Assembly: GCA_977016875.1 (NCBI GenBank) | Contig: CDRNST010000382.1 | Coordinates: 1,612,001 to 1,676,000, forward strand | Direction of reading: 5' to 3' | Source: Pavona decussata | Lineage: Eukaryota | DNA: 64,000 nucleotides | Shown here: piece by piece, positions 45,047 through 56,723 of the stretch | Layout: each line of letters starts with the position of its first letter | How positions within the stretch are numbered: position 1 is the first letter of the stretch | Translations under genes and position numbers: made by a program | The notes under the pieces: model-generated | Told to the model about the DNA's origin: nothing | What the model saw: the letters and a program-made list of their open reading frames with translations, nothing else | The model's database searches: none

Positions 45047-48000
45047 TTTTTTTTTATTTATTTATTTTTTTATTAAATTAATCAAAAACACATAGTTACT
45101 TACATTGTTCCTACCCTATTTATAATACGACGTTTACTCTACTTACAATACTTACACGTTACCATGCAAAACTAACATACGGTCTACAAAGGATACGCTT
45201 ACGCTACAATACAATGCAATAACTTACACTATTATCAGTTCTTACTTACTTACTTCTTTGTTTTATCCCTATTACTTATAATTACAGCGTTACAAATGAG
45301 TATATCGCAATAACCAACAACACTACACATAAGCTATAATTAATTACTTACAATTGCAATACAGATTTTGAAATGATCAATAAGTAAAGTAATAAAAAAA
45401 ATACATTACTGACAATTACAATTAAGAAAACGCTGCAGTCATATTTTATTATTTTATAATACAGTACTTATATCTACAAAGCAGTTTGTGTTTTTTTTTT
45501 CTTGAATTAAGGGCAGTGAAAGCGGAGCAAATGTACCCAAAGTCAAAAAAACAGGCAAAATGTACAGTGGTGTGAGACACTGATAACTAAAAAAAAAACA
45601 AGGCTTTCTAGCAAAAAGTGTTCAAAAATTCCCACTTTTTGGAATGAGCGCATTCTGCATTGGCCTCCATATTGTAAATTGATTTCAAGTATTGTAGAAA
45701 ACCTTTTACCTTTGGTGCGGTATCTTTTCTTTTGCTCATCCAGATATAATTCATAGCTAGGAGGCAGGAAAAATTAATTTGCTGGTAGTTCTTGGAAGAA
45801 TCCGGCTTTAGACCGACAGCGACAAGTGGGTCTATTATGTAATGTCCGGGAGTAATGTGGAGAAAAGTTAGCCTTACAGTTAAATCATGCCAGAAAGAGG
45901 CCACTTTAGGACAAGAGCAAAAGAGATGAAAAGGTTTCTTCTGTTCCCCATTACAAAAGGAGCAGTTTGGGTTGTCCCTTACTTTAATTTTTGTTAGGAA
46001 GTCATTTGTTGCTATTCGTCTATGTAAAAATTTGAACTGGAATTCAAGAATTCTCGTACTTTTAGTGTATTTAGAGGCTAGTTGATGGGCATCTCGCCAT
46101 TTAATTGAATCAACATCATCCAGTTGGCAGTCTTTTAGCCATTTCTTTTGATTATGAGATGGGTGCGTGCATTTTGTGGAAATTAATTTAGTGTAAACCA
46201 GTCTGTTTGCACTTTGGCACTTTGTTAATTTGGCCACGAAGCTTTCATAATCACAATTGTTGGTATAGTTGTTTTTATATGTATTCCGAAGAGATTTCAG
46301 AGTTGACAAAAGGCCATAGTATTTTAGAGGGCAAATATTAAGGTTGTATTTGCGCCGCATTTCAGCTAATGACAAAAAATTGTTGGAGGCATCCTTCAAA
46401 TGTTTCACTTTCGTGACGCCCCTGTCAAACCATTCTCGATAGAAGATAGGGTAGTTATCGATTCTTACTAGCGAGTTGTGCCATAAAATTTGTTCAAGAA
46501 ATTGTTTCTCTGACATTATGTGTTCATTAAAAATTGACTTCTGCCCAAATTAGCAGAGTCTCTTTTATAAAGCAGTTTTTAATCTTGAGATTCTCTATGG
46601 TGTCTTTCTTGTTTAGGTTACTAGTGAGTACTACTGAACCTCCATGCCTCTCTAGCTCAAGATCAAAAAAATATTTCCATTTCCCCTGATTTCCTTCGTC
46701 TAGATATTTTTTAATCCATGTCGCTTTTAGGGACTTGCTAAAAACCTGTATACCTATCATTTTGAGACCCCCATTTGGGTAATCATTAATAATTATATCT
46801 CGCTTTATTTTATCGCCTTTTTCATTCCAGAGGGATGAGTAGAATAGCTTATTTACTTCTTTGATAGCTTTCACATTTTTATGTAAAGGAGAAAGCACAT
46901 ATACGAGTTGAGAAGCTACTAGGCTCTTTAAGACTGTAATTTTTCCAATTAGGGTAAGTCTGCGGTATTTCCAGCAGCTTAAAACGTTTCGAACCTTATC
47001 CAGTTTTTCATTGTAATTTAAGGTTATTGTTTCTTCCGGGTCAATTGAAAACCAGACGCCTAAAGCCTTAACTTTGTATTTAGGCCATTTAAAATTTCTT
47101 CCAGAAATTGATATTCCATCGTTCCCGCTATTTACTCCAATCCGAAGGGCTTCTGTTTTCTTATCATCAAGTTTTAAACCAGACACTTCATAAAACTCAT
47201 CCAGCGTTTTAAGAGAGGCTCTTAAAGATTCCTTTGTACCATCAAGTATGAGTGTTGTATCGTCTGCATACTGACTTAATTTAATTTCTTTACCGTTCAC
47301 GAAGATAGCTTTGATATTTTTGTTTTCCCGAATTGCCTTGGCTAGCACTTCAACTGACAAAACAAACAAGTAAGGTGAGAGAGGACAACCTTGCCTTACA
47401 CCTCTTTGAATTTCAAAAAAATCACTCGCCCAACTGTTGTTCAAAACACAGCTTTCTGGGCGGCAATAAAAAAGATTAAGCCACTTTAGGATGCTGCTCC
47501 CAAAACCAAAGTATTGAAAAGTTTTTCTTATGAAGGACCATTCTATCGTATCAAAAGCTTTTTCAAAATCCAAAAACAAGAGTAGTGCTGGCATAGCAAA
47601 TGACACTATCGATAAGGCGAATGTTTTCTCCAATAAATCTACCTTTTATAAAACCCGTCTGGTCATAATTGATGAGATTAGGAAGAAAAGGTTTCAATCG
47701 ATTAGCAATTGCCTTTGCCGCTATTTTGTAGTCGCAGTTCAGGAGGGTTAGAGGCCTCCAGTTTTTGATAAAGAATGGTTCTGCATCTTTCTTAGGAATG
47801 AGTTTGATGATTCCTCTTCTCTGAGTTACTGAGAGTTGTCCAGTTTCATAAGCATAGTTCAGTGCTCTAGTAAGGATGGCAGATATATCATTCCAAAATA
47901 CTTTGTAAAATTCGGCTGGAAAACCGTCAGTCCCAGGGGTCTTTTCTGTTCCCATACCTTTGAGTGCCTCTAGGCATTCTTTTTCGGTAAGCCCTCCTTC

Positions 48001-50603
48001 AAACATAGTTAGCTCAGCTTGTTCGTGGATAGCGCTTCCATCTTCACGCTCAGGAAAAAAGGTTGCATCGTTTTGGTCGTATGTCATGCTTTTGGTTGAA
48101 TAGAGGTTTTTGTAGAATGATACGCATTCTGTTAATATTTTTTTATTCGAGGTAACAAACTCACGGTCATTTATTTTAATTTGACTAATTGTCCCTTGCT
48201 TAAAGTGTCGTTTCTCCAGATTTAAAAAATATTTGGTGTTTTTCTCACCTTCATTGTACCATCTAGTTTTAGATCTCAAAATTGCACCTTTAGTGCGAAA
48301 TTCAATAATCTTCTCAAGCTCCAGTCTACTATCGCTCAATCTCTCCTCCAGGTGAGAAGAGGGTGCGACTCCAGTAGTTCTGTTGTCGAGTTCCTCTTGT
48401 AATCTGGCAATTGTTTGTTCCACATACATTTCGCGTTGTTAAGCCTGATTCGTTTTATTCTTCGAGTAGCGGAGCGATTTTTCGCGCACTTTTAGCTTTA
48501 TCATTTCCCAAAGGAGGGAGGGGTTGACTGATTCATCGTTTTTGTACTCGTCATACGTTTCCTGAATTGTTGCTTTGATTTGGTTTACATAGTCCAATTC
48601 AGTTAAAAAAGATGTATTTAATTTCCAGAAACCCGGTCCGCGTGGATTTGAATGAAGTGATAAGCGTAACGTAATCATCGAATGGTCCGTTTTATAGCCT
48701 GGGATGATATCTGTGGAACTTGTAATATTAACCATGCTTTGGCTTACTAAAAAGAAATCGAGTCTACATTGTATTCTTGGACGACGCTGTCTCCAAGTGA
48801 AACTACTAGTATCAGGATGTAAAATCCTCCAGACGTCAACCAAATCTAATTTCTCAGAAAATTCGGGAACGATTTTAACACTATTTTGATGAGTTTTGGC
48901 AAGGCCGCCTCTTTTTTCCTTATCCAGATCGAGTACAAGATTGTAATCTCCTCCTATGATAATGTCATCGCCTTTAAAGTCGGTAAGGTGATCAAAGAAG
49001 TCAAGGAAGAAGGCTGGATTGTCTTCATTAGGAGCGTATATACTAGCCAAGGTTAAAAATTTTTCATTGGTTTTAATGTCGCAAATAATGAAGCGTCCTT
49101 GGGGATCAATGAAAACCTTTTCAATTTGAAAATCAAAGTTGTTATTGAAAAGTATGCATACCCCTGCTTTATTGCTCTTGTAGTTGCTAAAAATAGCTTG
49201 ATAGCCCCATTCTGCAGACCATACGTGATTAGTGTTTTCAGTGCAATGGACTTCTTGTAGCATATACATTGAAAAATGTTTTGTGCGGAGCCAGTTAAAC
49301 ATCTCTCTACGTTTTGTGTTGTCTCTTAATCCCCTGACATTTAGTGATGCTATAGTCAAAGCCATAGGCATTCTCCTGGGAAGCTTTGTAGACAAATACC
49401 TGTATGACCTGGTGACAAAGCTCCACAATCACTGGACAGCATGATAAGAATTATAATTAGTGCTGGACGTTTTCTATTAAAACAAACAACTACGCTACAA
49501 AAACATAGAAACAAAACAAGACATTCACAAAAACAAATATACGCAAATAGATAAGACACCTCTCCAGCAAGGGACATGTAAGGGGAGCTAGGACTTAAGC
49601 CTAGAATCGTGCAAAAGGGTAAAGGATAACTACGAGTTCCTTTCCGATCGCCAACAAAATTATCTGGCATATAAGTGGGTGGCAAAAGCGGTCTCATGAA
49701 AAAATACCACGGCCGTGGTTAACTAATGAGCAAAATTATGAAGAAAAATAATCTCACCTATTTTGGTATCTTGAGAGGCTTACCAACTGGCCAAAATTTA
49801 CCTTTTATAAAGAGCTTATCAGGTTCTGCTCTACTAAATGATGCTGGGATGTTGTTTTTTCTAGCTTCTTTCTAGCTTCTTATCTTGATACATCTTAAAG
49901 GTGCTTCCACGCAGACGAGAGCCCATAGATAATATTTCTTCACAATTCTTATATCGAAGGAACCTCGCAATAATTGGTCTGGGTTTCTGTTCGTCCCTCT
50001 TTTTTCCTAAGCGACGAACTCTCTGAAATTCAACGGTATTTGCATCTTTGTAGCCTAGTTCCATTTCGAGGAAGGTGCGAAGAGCTGATTCAGTGTCTTC
50101 TTTGTCTGTGGCTTGTAGAACATTTTCAAATATTATGTTTTTTCGTCACGAGTATGCTTCTAAATAGAGATTTTTGTCTTCTACCTCTTTAAGCTTGGCT
50201 TGTAGATCATCATTTGCCTCCTGCAAATCGGTTAAAGCATGGGTAGTTTGCTCCCGAAGATCATTTAGGCTCGCTGCCAACTTTTGTTGTTGCTTTTCGG
50301 CCGCTTTGAATCTTTCTGTCAGGTTCTCAATGTCACGGTTGGCAGTTGTTTGAGAGCATTCCAACTTCTGTATTCTTCCTTCCAATTTCTGCAGAGACGC
50401 TTGGACATCGTTCACTGTTATTTGGATAGCATATAGCTTTTCCAACTTTCGATTTATCTCTTCCAGTGTTTTGTGAAGGCCTTCAGCCATATTCAAAGCT
50501 GTAAAGATTTCGTCGACGGCCTCATGTTCTTCGACTTCTTCAGGGAAGTTAACATCTCCGCTCTTTGCTTTTTTTGCATCTGGTGAAGTGCTCGACTCAC
50601 CTG
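45047..50603 (-). mobile_element. L1/Tx1-like LINE (ORF1 and ORF2 with APE, RT and Cys domain), frameshifted and 5'-truncated
   Basis: ORF1 at 49770-50600 (LYLEAYSRR, PRPIIARF). ORF2 pieces at 48439-49428 (SLNVRGL, LQE, GGDYN, TDH), 47563-48429, 46527-47633 (QYADD) and 45608-46516. A-rich tail at 45047. Confidence 0.93.
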
Positions 50604-53600
50604 AACATCAGGCTGATGAAGGATATACTGCGGGTATCTTCTTTAAAAGCTATACCTAGCTTCGCTTTGTTCATTGATTTCAAAAAGGCTCTTGATTCAG
50701 TCGATTGGAACTTCTTAAGCAAGATGTTCGAAGTGCTTAATTTTGGCCCTCAACTTAGAAGATCCATCACAACTTTTTATTATGGGTGCTCCAGCTGTGT
50801 CATTAATAATGGATATGCTTCCGAATTTTTCTCTCTACAACGCGGAGTTAGACAAGGCTGCCCGCTGTCCGGCATTCTTTTCACTCTCTGTGCCGACATT
50901 TTAGCAAACGTCATAAGAAATGATGATAACATCCACAGTATAAAAATTTATGGTAAAGAATTCAAGCTCTCCCAGTATGCCGATGATACAACCGCCTTTG
51001 TGTCTGATACAACTTCTGCAGAAAACTTGTTTAAACTCCTTCGCGCCTTCCAAGAATGTTCCAGCCTAGAAGTAAACACATCTGAGACAGAAGGGATCGA
51101 TCGATGTGGATAGGTGCAAACAAAGGTGATAATTCAAAACCTTTTAATATTGCTTGGCCATTAGAAGCAATATGCACTCTCGGAATTAATTTCTCTTACG
51201 ATGAAAATGAATGCTTCCAAAAGAACTCTGTAGAAAAATTAAAATGCATGAAAAATCTTTTGAATTTATGGAAACCAAGAAACCTCACCTTGTACAGCTG
51301 TCATACTATCCTGAAATCCCTGGGCCTATCTAAGGTTATTTATAACACATCAGTACTCAAGTTTCCCGTAACTTTTAGAGCTTCAGTCAAGCAAACTATT
51401 TGTGACTTCGTGTGGAGCGGCAAACCGAAAATTAAGCAGAACATGTTAATTGGCCCAATATCTAAAGGTGGCTTAAATCTGCCCGACTTCGAAATAATAA
51501 TGCACTTTAAGTGGTTTGGATAAGCAGATTATATGAAAGTAAAGAGGATGCCAGCTGGAGTCACATACCGCTGGTATTTATAAGACACTTAGGTGGCCCT
51601 TTTTTATTCAAATGCAATTGTGATCTTAAGTATCTTAATTTAAATTTACCAATTGATTTCTATAAAGATGCACTTTTAATCTGGCAAACATTGAATCACA
51701 AAGAAGAACAAATACTAGAGGAAATCATCTGGAATAACAGGTTTATTAAAATAGAAGGCCTGTCCGTATATTACAGAGAATGGCACAATGCTGGAATCAC
51801 TAGAGTTTAAGATATCTTCAACAAAAACAAATTCCTTGCCCCTGAAGAGTTTAGTAACAAGTTTTCTTTCAAATCTTCCAACTTTCTGAAATATCTCGCA
51901 TTGTGTAGCGCGATCCCCCGAGACTGGATTCGAATATTGAAAGACGCCCACGAAACCTCTGCTCCGGTCCCAGACACTGTGTAATTAAATAAGCCTTCTT
52001 GCAAAACAGCGACCCAACTGCTGAAAGAAGAATGAGGCAAGCAAACTTAGATGAAAACGCAATTCAAACAATCTACAATATTCCATTTAATGTCACTAAA
52101 GATATTAAACTCGCCATCTTACAAGTCAAAGCTGTGCACCATATTCTGCCAACTAACGCAACCTTATTTAGAGATAAAATTAAGGAGAAGGAAAAATGTT
52201 ATCTTTGCAAACAAAAACAAACACTAACCCACTTATTTATTTCTTGTTCATTAGTCAAAAGCTTTTGGACAGAATTTACAAATTGGTGGAATACAAAAAC
52301 TGAGGAGTCTATCGAACTCAACAAAGAAAATATTATCTATCGCTTCACCAACAATATTGCGTTGCAACTTGGCCTGAACCTCAGTTTGATAATTGCAAAA
52401 TATTACATTTACATTGCCTCGAGAGAAGAAGACCCCTATTTCTTTGATATCTTCGTTGCTGTTCTGAGAAGCAAACTTGACATAGAAAAACATAAATATT
52501 CAAAATTACAAATCAATCTTTAAATGCCATAGAACTAAAACCTACCTTTTTGTAATTTTTGCCTATTTAACGTAAGCTGCACTTTGGGTATTGTAAATTG
52601 TAATCAAACATCTTTTTATTTCTACTAATTTTTTAAAGCTTATTAAGCCTTGTATTGTATTATATTTTACTTTCTTAGCTTGCATGTATGTTTTTAACTA
52701 TTTCTCTGTAACTCTTCATTGGAAGTCAATTAAAAAAAAAGTTTAAAAAAAACATCTGTTGTACCCAATGTCTTTTTAGGAATTAATGAGTCACAGGTGT
52801 CTTTGAATTAGCTGTTGCTTCAGCTGTCTATGTAGTTAAGGCATTGCATTCTGAAAATCAAATAAAACCAATGTAGTAAGAAAAAAAATTATTACAAGGA
52901 TATGGTTGAAATGGTAAGAATAATATTACTTTTCACTGCCATGCACGCTTCTTCCACAGTGATTTCATGGCATCAATCTATATATTTCTAAATTTGAAAT
53001 CTGCAAGCAAAAGAAATTTATAAAAACCGAGGTCAGTTTTTACCTAAATCTAACTTCAAATTTAAAAGCATCCGTTATCCCCAAAAATCTCCCTCTTAAA
53101 GGTATCGAATGCAAGAATCAAGAGTTCTTTTGTCGAGGTCACGCTGAAGGGTTGATCGGTAATTCAATACCTGCGTTTGACCCACAGTCTGAGTGGGGAT
53201 GGGGGTGGGGTGGAGGGGGTGCTTAGGAGTTACCAAAATAAAAAATCCTGAACAAGGATGAGTTATTTATAAAAAAATAAAATAAAATAAAATAAGCTGT
53301 TTTGGCAGTCCCGCTTTTAGCACCATTGACCCGTAACATTCTGTATAAACGACAGATTCTCTTTTCTTTTTCATTTATTGCTTTATAAATAAATTAATTT
53401 ATTCATTAACTTAATTAATTTTAATATTCATTAATTAAACTATTCAGAATTCTGTGGTTGACGAGTTATTTTTGCAGCTGGCTGTTTGAAAAGTAATTAC
53501 ACAACCACCCCACCCAAAAAAGTAATTATCCATCCGTCAAGTATCTTTAGGGTTAGAAACAATCTTGGCAAAATAAACAATGATACATTTTGGACATCAA

Positions 53601-53661
53601 CTAGTCACACTTCGAGGGATACTATCAAGATATGACTTCCAAAAGTTCCAGGGAAAAGTTA

Positions 53662-53836
53662 AGACTGGTTTTCACAAGCAACGCAAGCACAGTCACAAAC
53701 ACCAGCACAAGCGTAAGACTGCTTATTTGACCACGAAAACGGCCTTGACGCAAGCATTAGGACTAGCGCAAGGATCGAAATTTTTCCTTCTCTTGTGCTT
53801 GGGCCAGTGCTTGTGTCGCCAGTGAAAACCACACTT
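53662..53836. mobile_element. Small MITE
   Basis: Inverted ends GGTTTTCAC and GTGAAAACC with internal CAAGCA-type repeats. Confidence 0.4.
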
Positions 53837-53929
53837 TAAAACCCATAAGATATTTTTTCATTAAGGGAAACCTGAAAATAATACATGAGAACTTCACGTT
53901 GATTAACAGAGTGTGTACCATCAGTAAGT

Positions 53930-54200
53930 TTTAAAAGTGCCCTGCTGTCAAACGTTTCTGGAAGGATGTCTTAAATTGGTGGAACTTCAAGCGTTCTGAT
54001 GACATAAATCCCAGTGCTACTGAATTTTTGTAGGGTTTCAAACCAGAATCCACCCAATTTCACGCTTTCAATCATTACCTGCTAATTGCCCGGTATTATA
54101 TCTACCTAGCTAGATACAAGTCCAAGACCCCGAAACTAGAGGTTTACATCGTTCTCCTCAAAACTAAAATTCAATGTGAAAGAGAAATTGCAATAAAAAC
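53930..54200 (+). mobile_element. L1-like ORF2 C-terminal fragment
   Basis: CPAVKRFWKDVLNWW..NHYLLIARYYIY. Confidence 0.6.
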
Positions 54201-54214
54201 GGTAGCCATACTTA

Positions 54215-55649
54215 CAGTACTGTGCAAAAGTAATGACAGTGAATTTCGACGAATTTCGTTGAAATTCGGCGAAGGACGAAATTCAGCGAAAAGTAGCGAA
54301 AAACAGCGCATTTTCGAAGCCGCTATTGTTTTGACACGATCGAAATTACGGCCTTGTCGGCGAAATACAACTCGAAAATTCGTTCGAATTTTCGAGCGGC
54401 TATTCGAAATTTCGGAAGGTCAGTCTCGAATTTTCGAAGAGGAATTCGATTTTTTGAGAGAAAGGTATCGAATTTTCGGTAAACGATTCTCTTAAAATGA
54501 CGCTTTAAGTTACAGTAATATATTCAATTCACTCGAGGTTTCATCTCAACAACCATAGATGGATACATAATCATGGCAACCGTGGTTCAGGTAGTTTGTT
54601 TGGATCGACCTCGCATATCTATTACTAAGTCTGCAATCATGCCGAAGGTATCTAGCTATACACGAAAACGGATTCATGCTCTCGATGAATTTGGTCTTCA
54701 ACCTATTGCAATTTTCAAACAGTTAGTGGATGAAGGTCTCTGAGTTAGTTATCCGAGCGTAGCAAGAATAGTCAAGAAAGTGAAACTTACCGGATCGATC
54801 GATAACCTCGCCAGATCTGGTCGGCCGAGAAAACTGAACGAAGCAGCCAAAACCTTCATCGACGTTCAGATGAGGGAAAACGATGAAACAACTAGCCACC
54901 AGATCCAGAAGAGGCTTGCCAGGCATGGTGTAACAGTCCACGCATCAACAGTCCGAAGATCACGCAAAGAACAAGGATGGACTCTCCAAAATACCAGATA
55001 CTGCCAGCTGATTCGAGACGCAAACAAAGCCAAGAGGCTGGAGTATGCCCAACGAGTGATGGACACTGGAGACACATTCCACAATGTTGTTTTCAGCGAT
55101 GAATGTTCGATCTCCCTCCAACAATTTCGCCGAACATGTTATCGGAAGATCGATGAGCCTGCCAAAAGAAAGCCGAAGCCGAAGCACCCGTTGAAGGTTT
55201 ATGTTTGGGCCGGCATCAGCAGACTCGGCGCAACCAAAATCTGCATCTTCGAGGGCATTATGGAGGCTGACTTGTACTGCAGTATCCTGGAAAGCACGCT
55301 GATCCCTTTCCTCCGTAACACACTGCCAGACCACCGATTCATGCAAGACAACGACCCCAAACACACTTCAAGAATTGCCAAAGCCTTCTTCGAAGAGAAT
55401 GGAATCAACTGGTGGCGTACCCCTCCGGAAAGCCCAGACCTCAACCCCATAGAAAATTTATGGCACGAGTTGAAATTCTACTTGGAAACGCGAGTAAAGC
55501 CCACCACGAAACAGGAGCTTATTGATGGCATTCAGAAGTTCTGGACAAAGAAAGTAACAGCTGAGAAGTGCAACAAGTATATTGACCACGTCCTCCGAGA
55601 AGCCATTCCAGCAGTTATCGTCGCAAAGGGGGGAGCAACCAAGCATTAA
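54215..55649 (+). mobile_element. Tc1-like (DD34E) transposon left end and transposase (ATG 54639, in-frame TGA at 54741)
   Basis: TA|CAGTACTGTGCAAAAG terminus. RSGRPRK, FSDE, QDNDPKH, SPDLNPIE, with 34 residues between D and E. The right TIR was not found. Confidence 0.9.
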
Positions 55650-56723
55650 CTTGCACTGCATTGCACGAAGCATGTGTAAACTCCTTTAGGAGCCACCAAA
55701 TGTAATAAAAGCAATGACCAACTGTTACGCAGCCCATGAAAGCCATATTTTTTTTGTTTTTCCCCTTGTTCACATGATCGACTTTTAACAAAGCATCAAT
55801 GAAAAAAAAGAAAACGGCGAAAAAAGTTCAATTAGAAAAATCAGTCTGTTAGAAAAGCCGCGTCGTAGATGTGCTAGTGAATTGTTTTATTTTCGACGTC
55901 TATAATCCTTCGAAAGCATGCGCGATTATGACCTCTTAGTTACATCACAAACAAAGTTAACACATTGATTCTGTGTCGCACGCGCCACACTTAAAAAGTA
56001 CACGTTGCTCTTTATATTTACTAGAGGCCATAAAGGCGACTCAACAGTATCGTAAGTGCACTTTTGTAAATAGAAAAATAAAGCTAAAGTTAGGAAACGA
56101 GATAGTAAAAGAAAAAGTGTTAATGAATGTTCTTTTAAATTAACTTATCAATTTCTGCGGAAGCAACTGACAACCGGGCTGACAACACGCTTTTTGGTGT
56201 GGTTTGAAACATACTCTTTTCGAAAACAATACATGCAAACTTGTGATTTGTACTGATTGTGCACGCCGCAGATGTAGTGTTAAGGCATGCCGTGTGCGCG
56301 ATGCTTTAAAAAAAATGTGTGAAGACCGGAGGTCATATGAAACGGCTCCGCACTTAAATTATCCCTTGTTTAATCGAAAAGAAAATTTATGTAAGGAGCT
56401 TTTTGAAAAGCAAAAAACGGAAAGTTGCCGACAGTTGTGACTTTTTTTAAGTTTTGTTTCTATGCTAAACAATAGGTGTGAACTTGTCAGTTGACAAGTG
56501 GTTGAGGTCAATCCCTAATTAGTTTTAAAAATACATTGTTTTTCAAACTCATCAGAATTCAAGTTTAACCTAATACAAGACAAAAGGATCTAAAAAAACC
56601 AATCGAATAACAGGATTTTCGATCCGCACAAACTTTTGTTAGCCCATATAAAGAGTCCATACGCAGTTAACAGTTTAACATTTACTGTTGAGTTATCGAC
56701 TTTTGTCCAACTAAGAGAAAAAA

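Larger units (their letters stand above)
38750..52752 (+). mobile_element. L1/Tx1-like LINE ORF2 and poly(A), fragmented by nested insertions
   Basis: APE (IIGG.FN, DVWR) at 38750-38946. Continues at 44010-45045 (SDHW, GFWKFN, PGSDG, NWRPISLLN) and 50603-52523 (GVRQGCPLS, QYADD, Cys motif). A-rich tail at 52731-52752. Confidence 0.82.
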
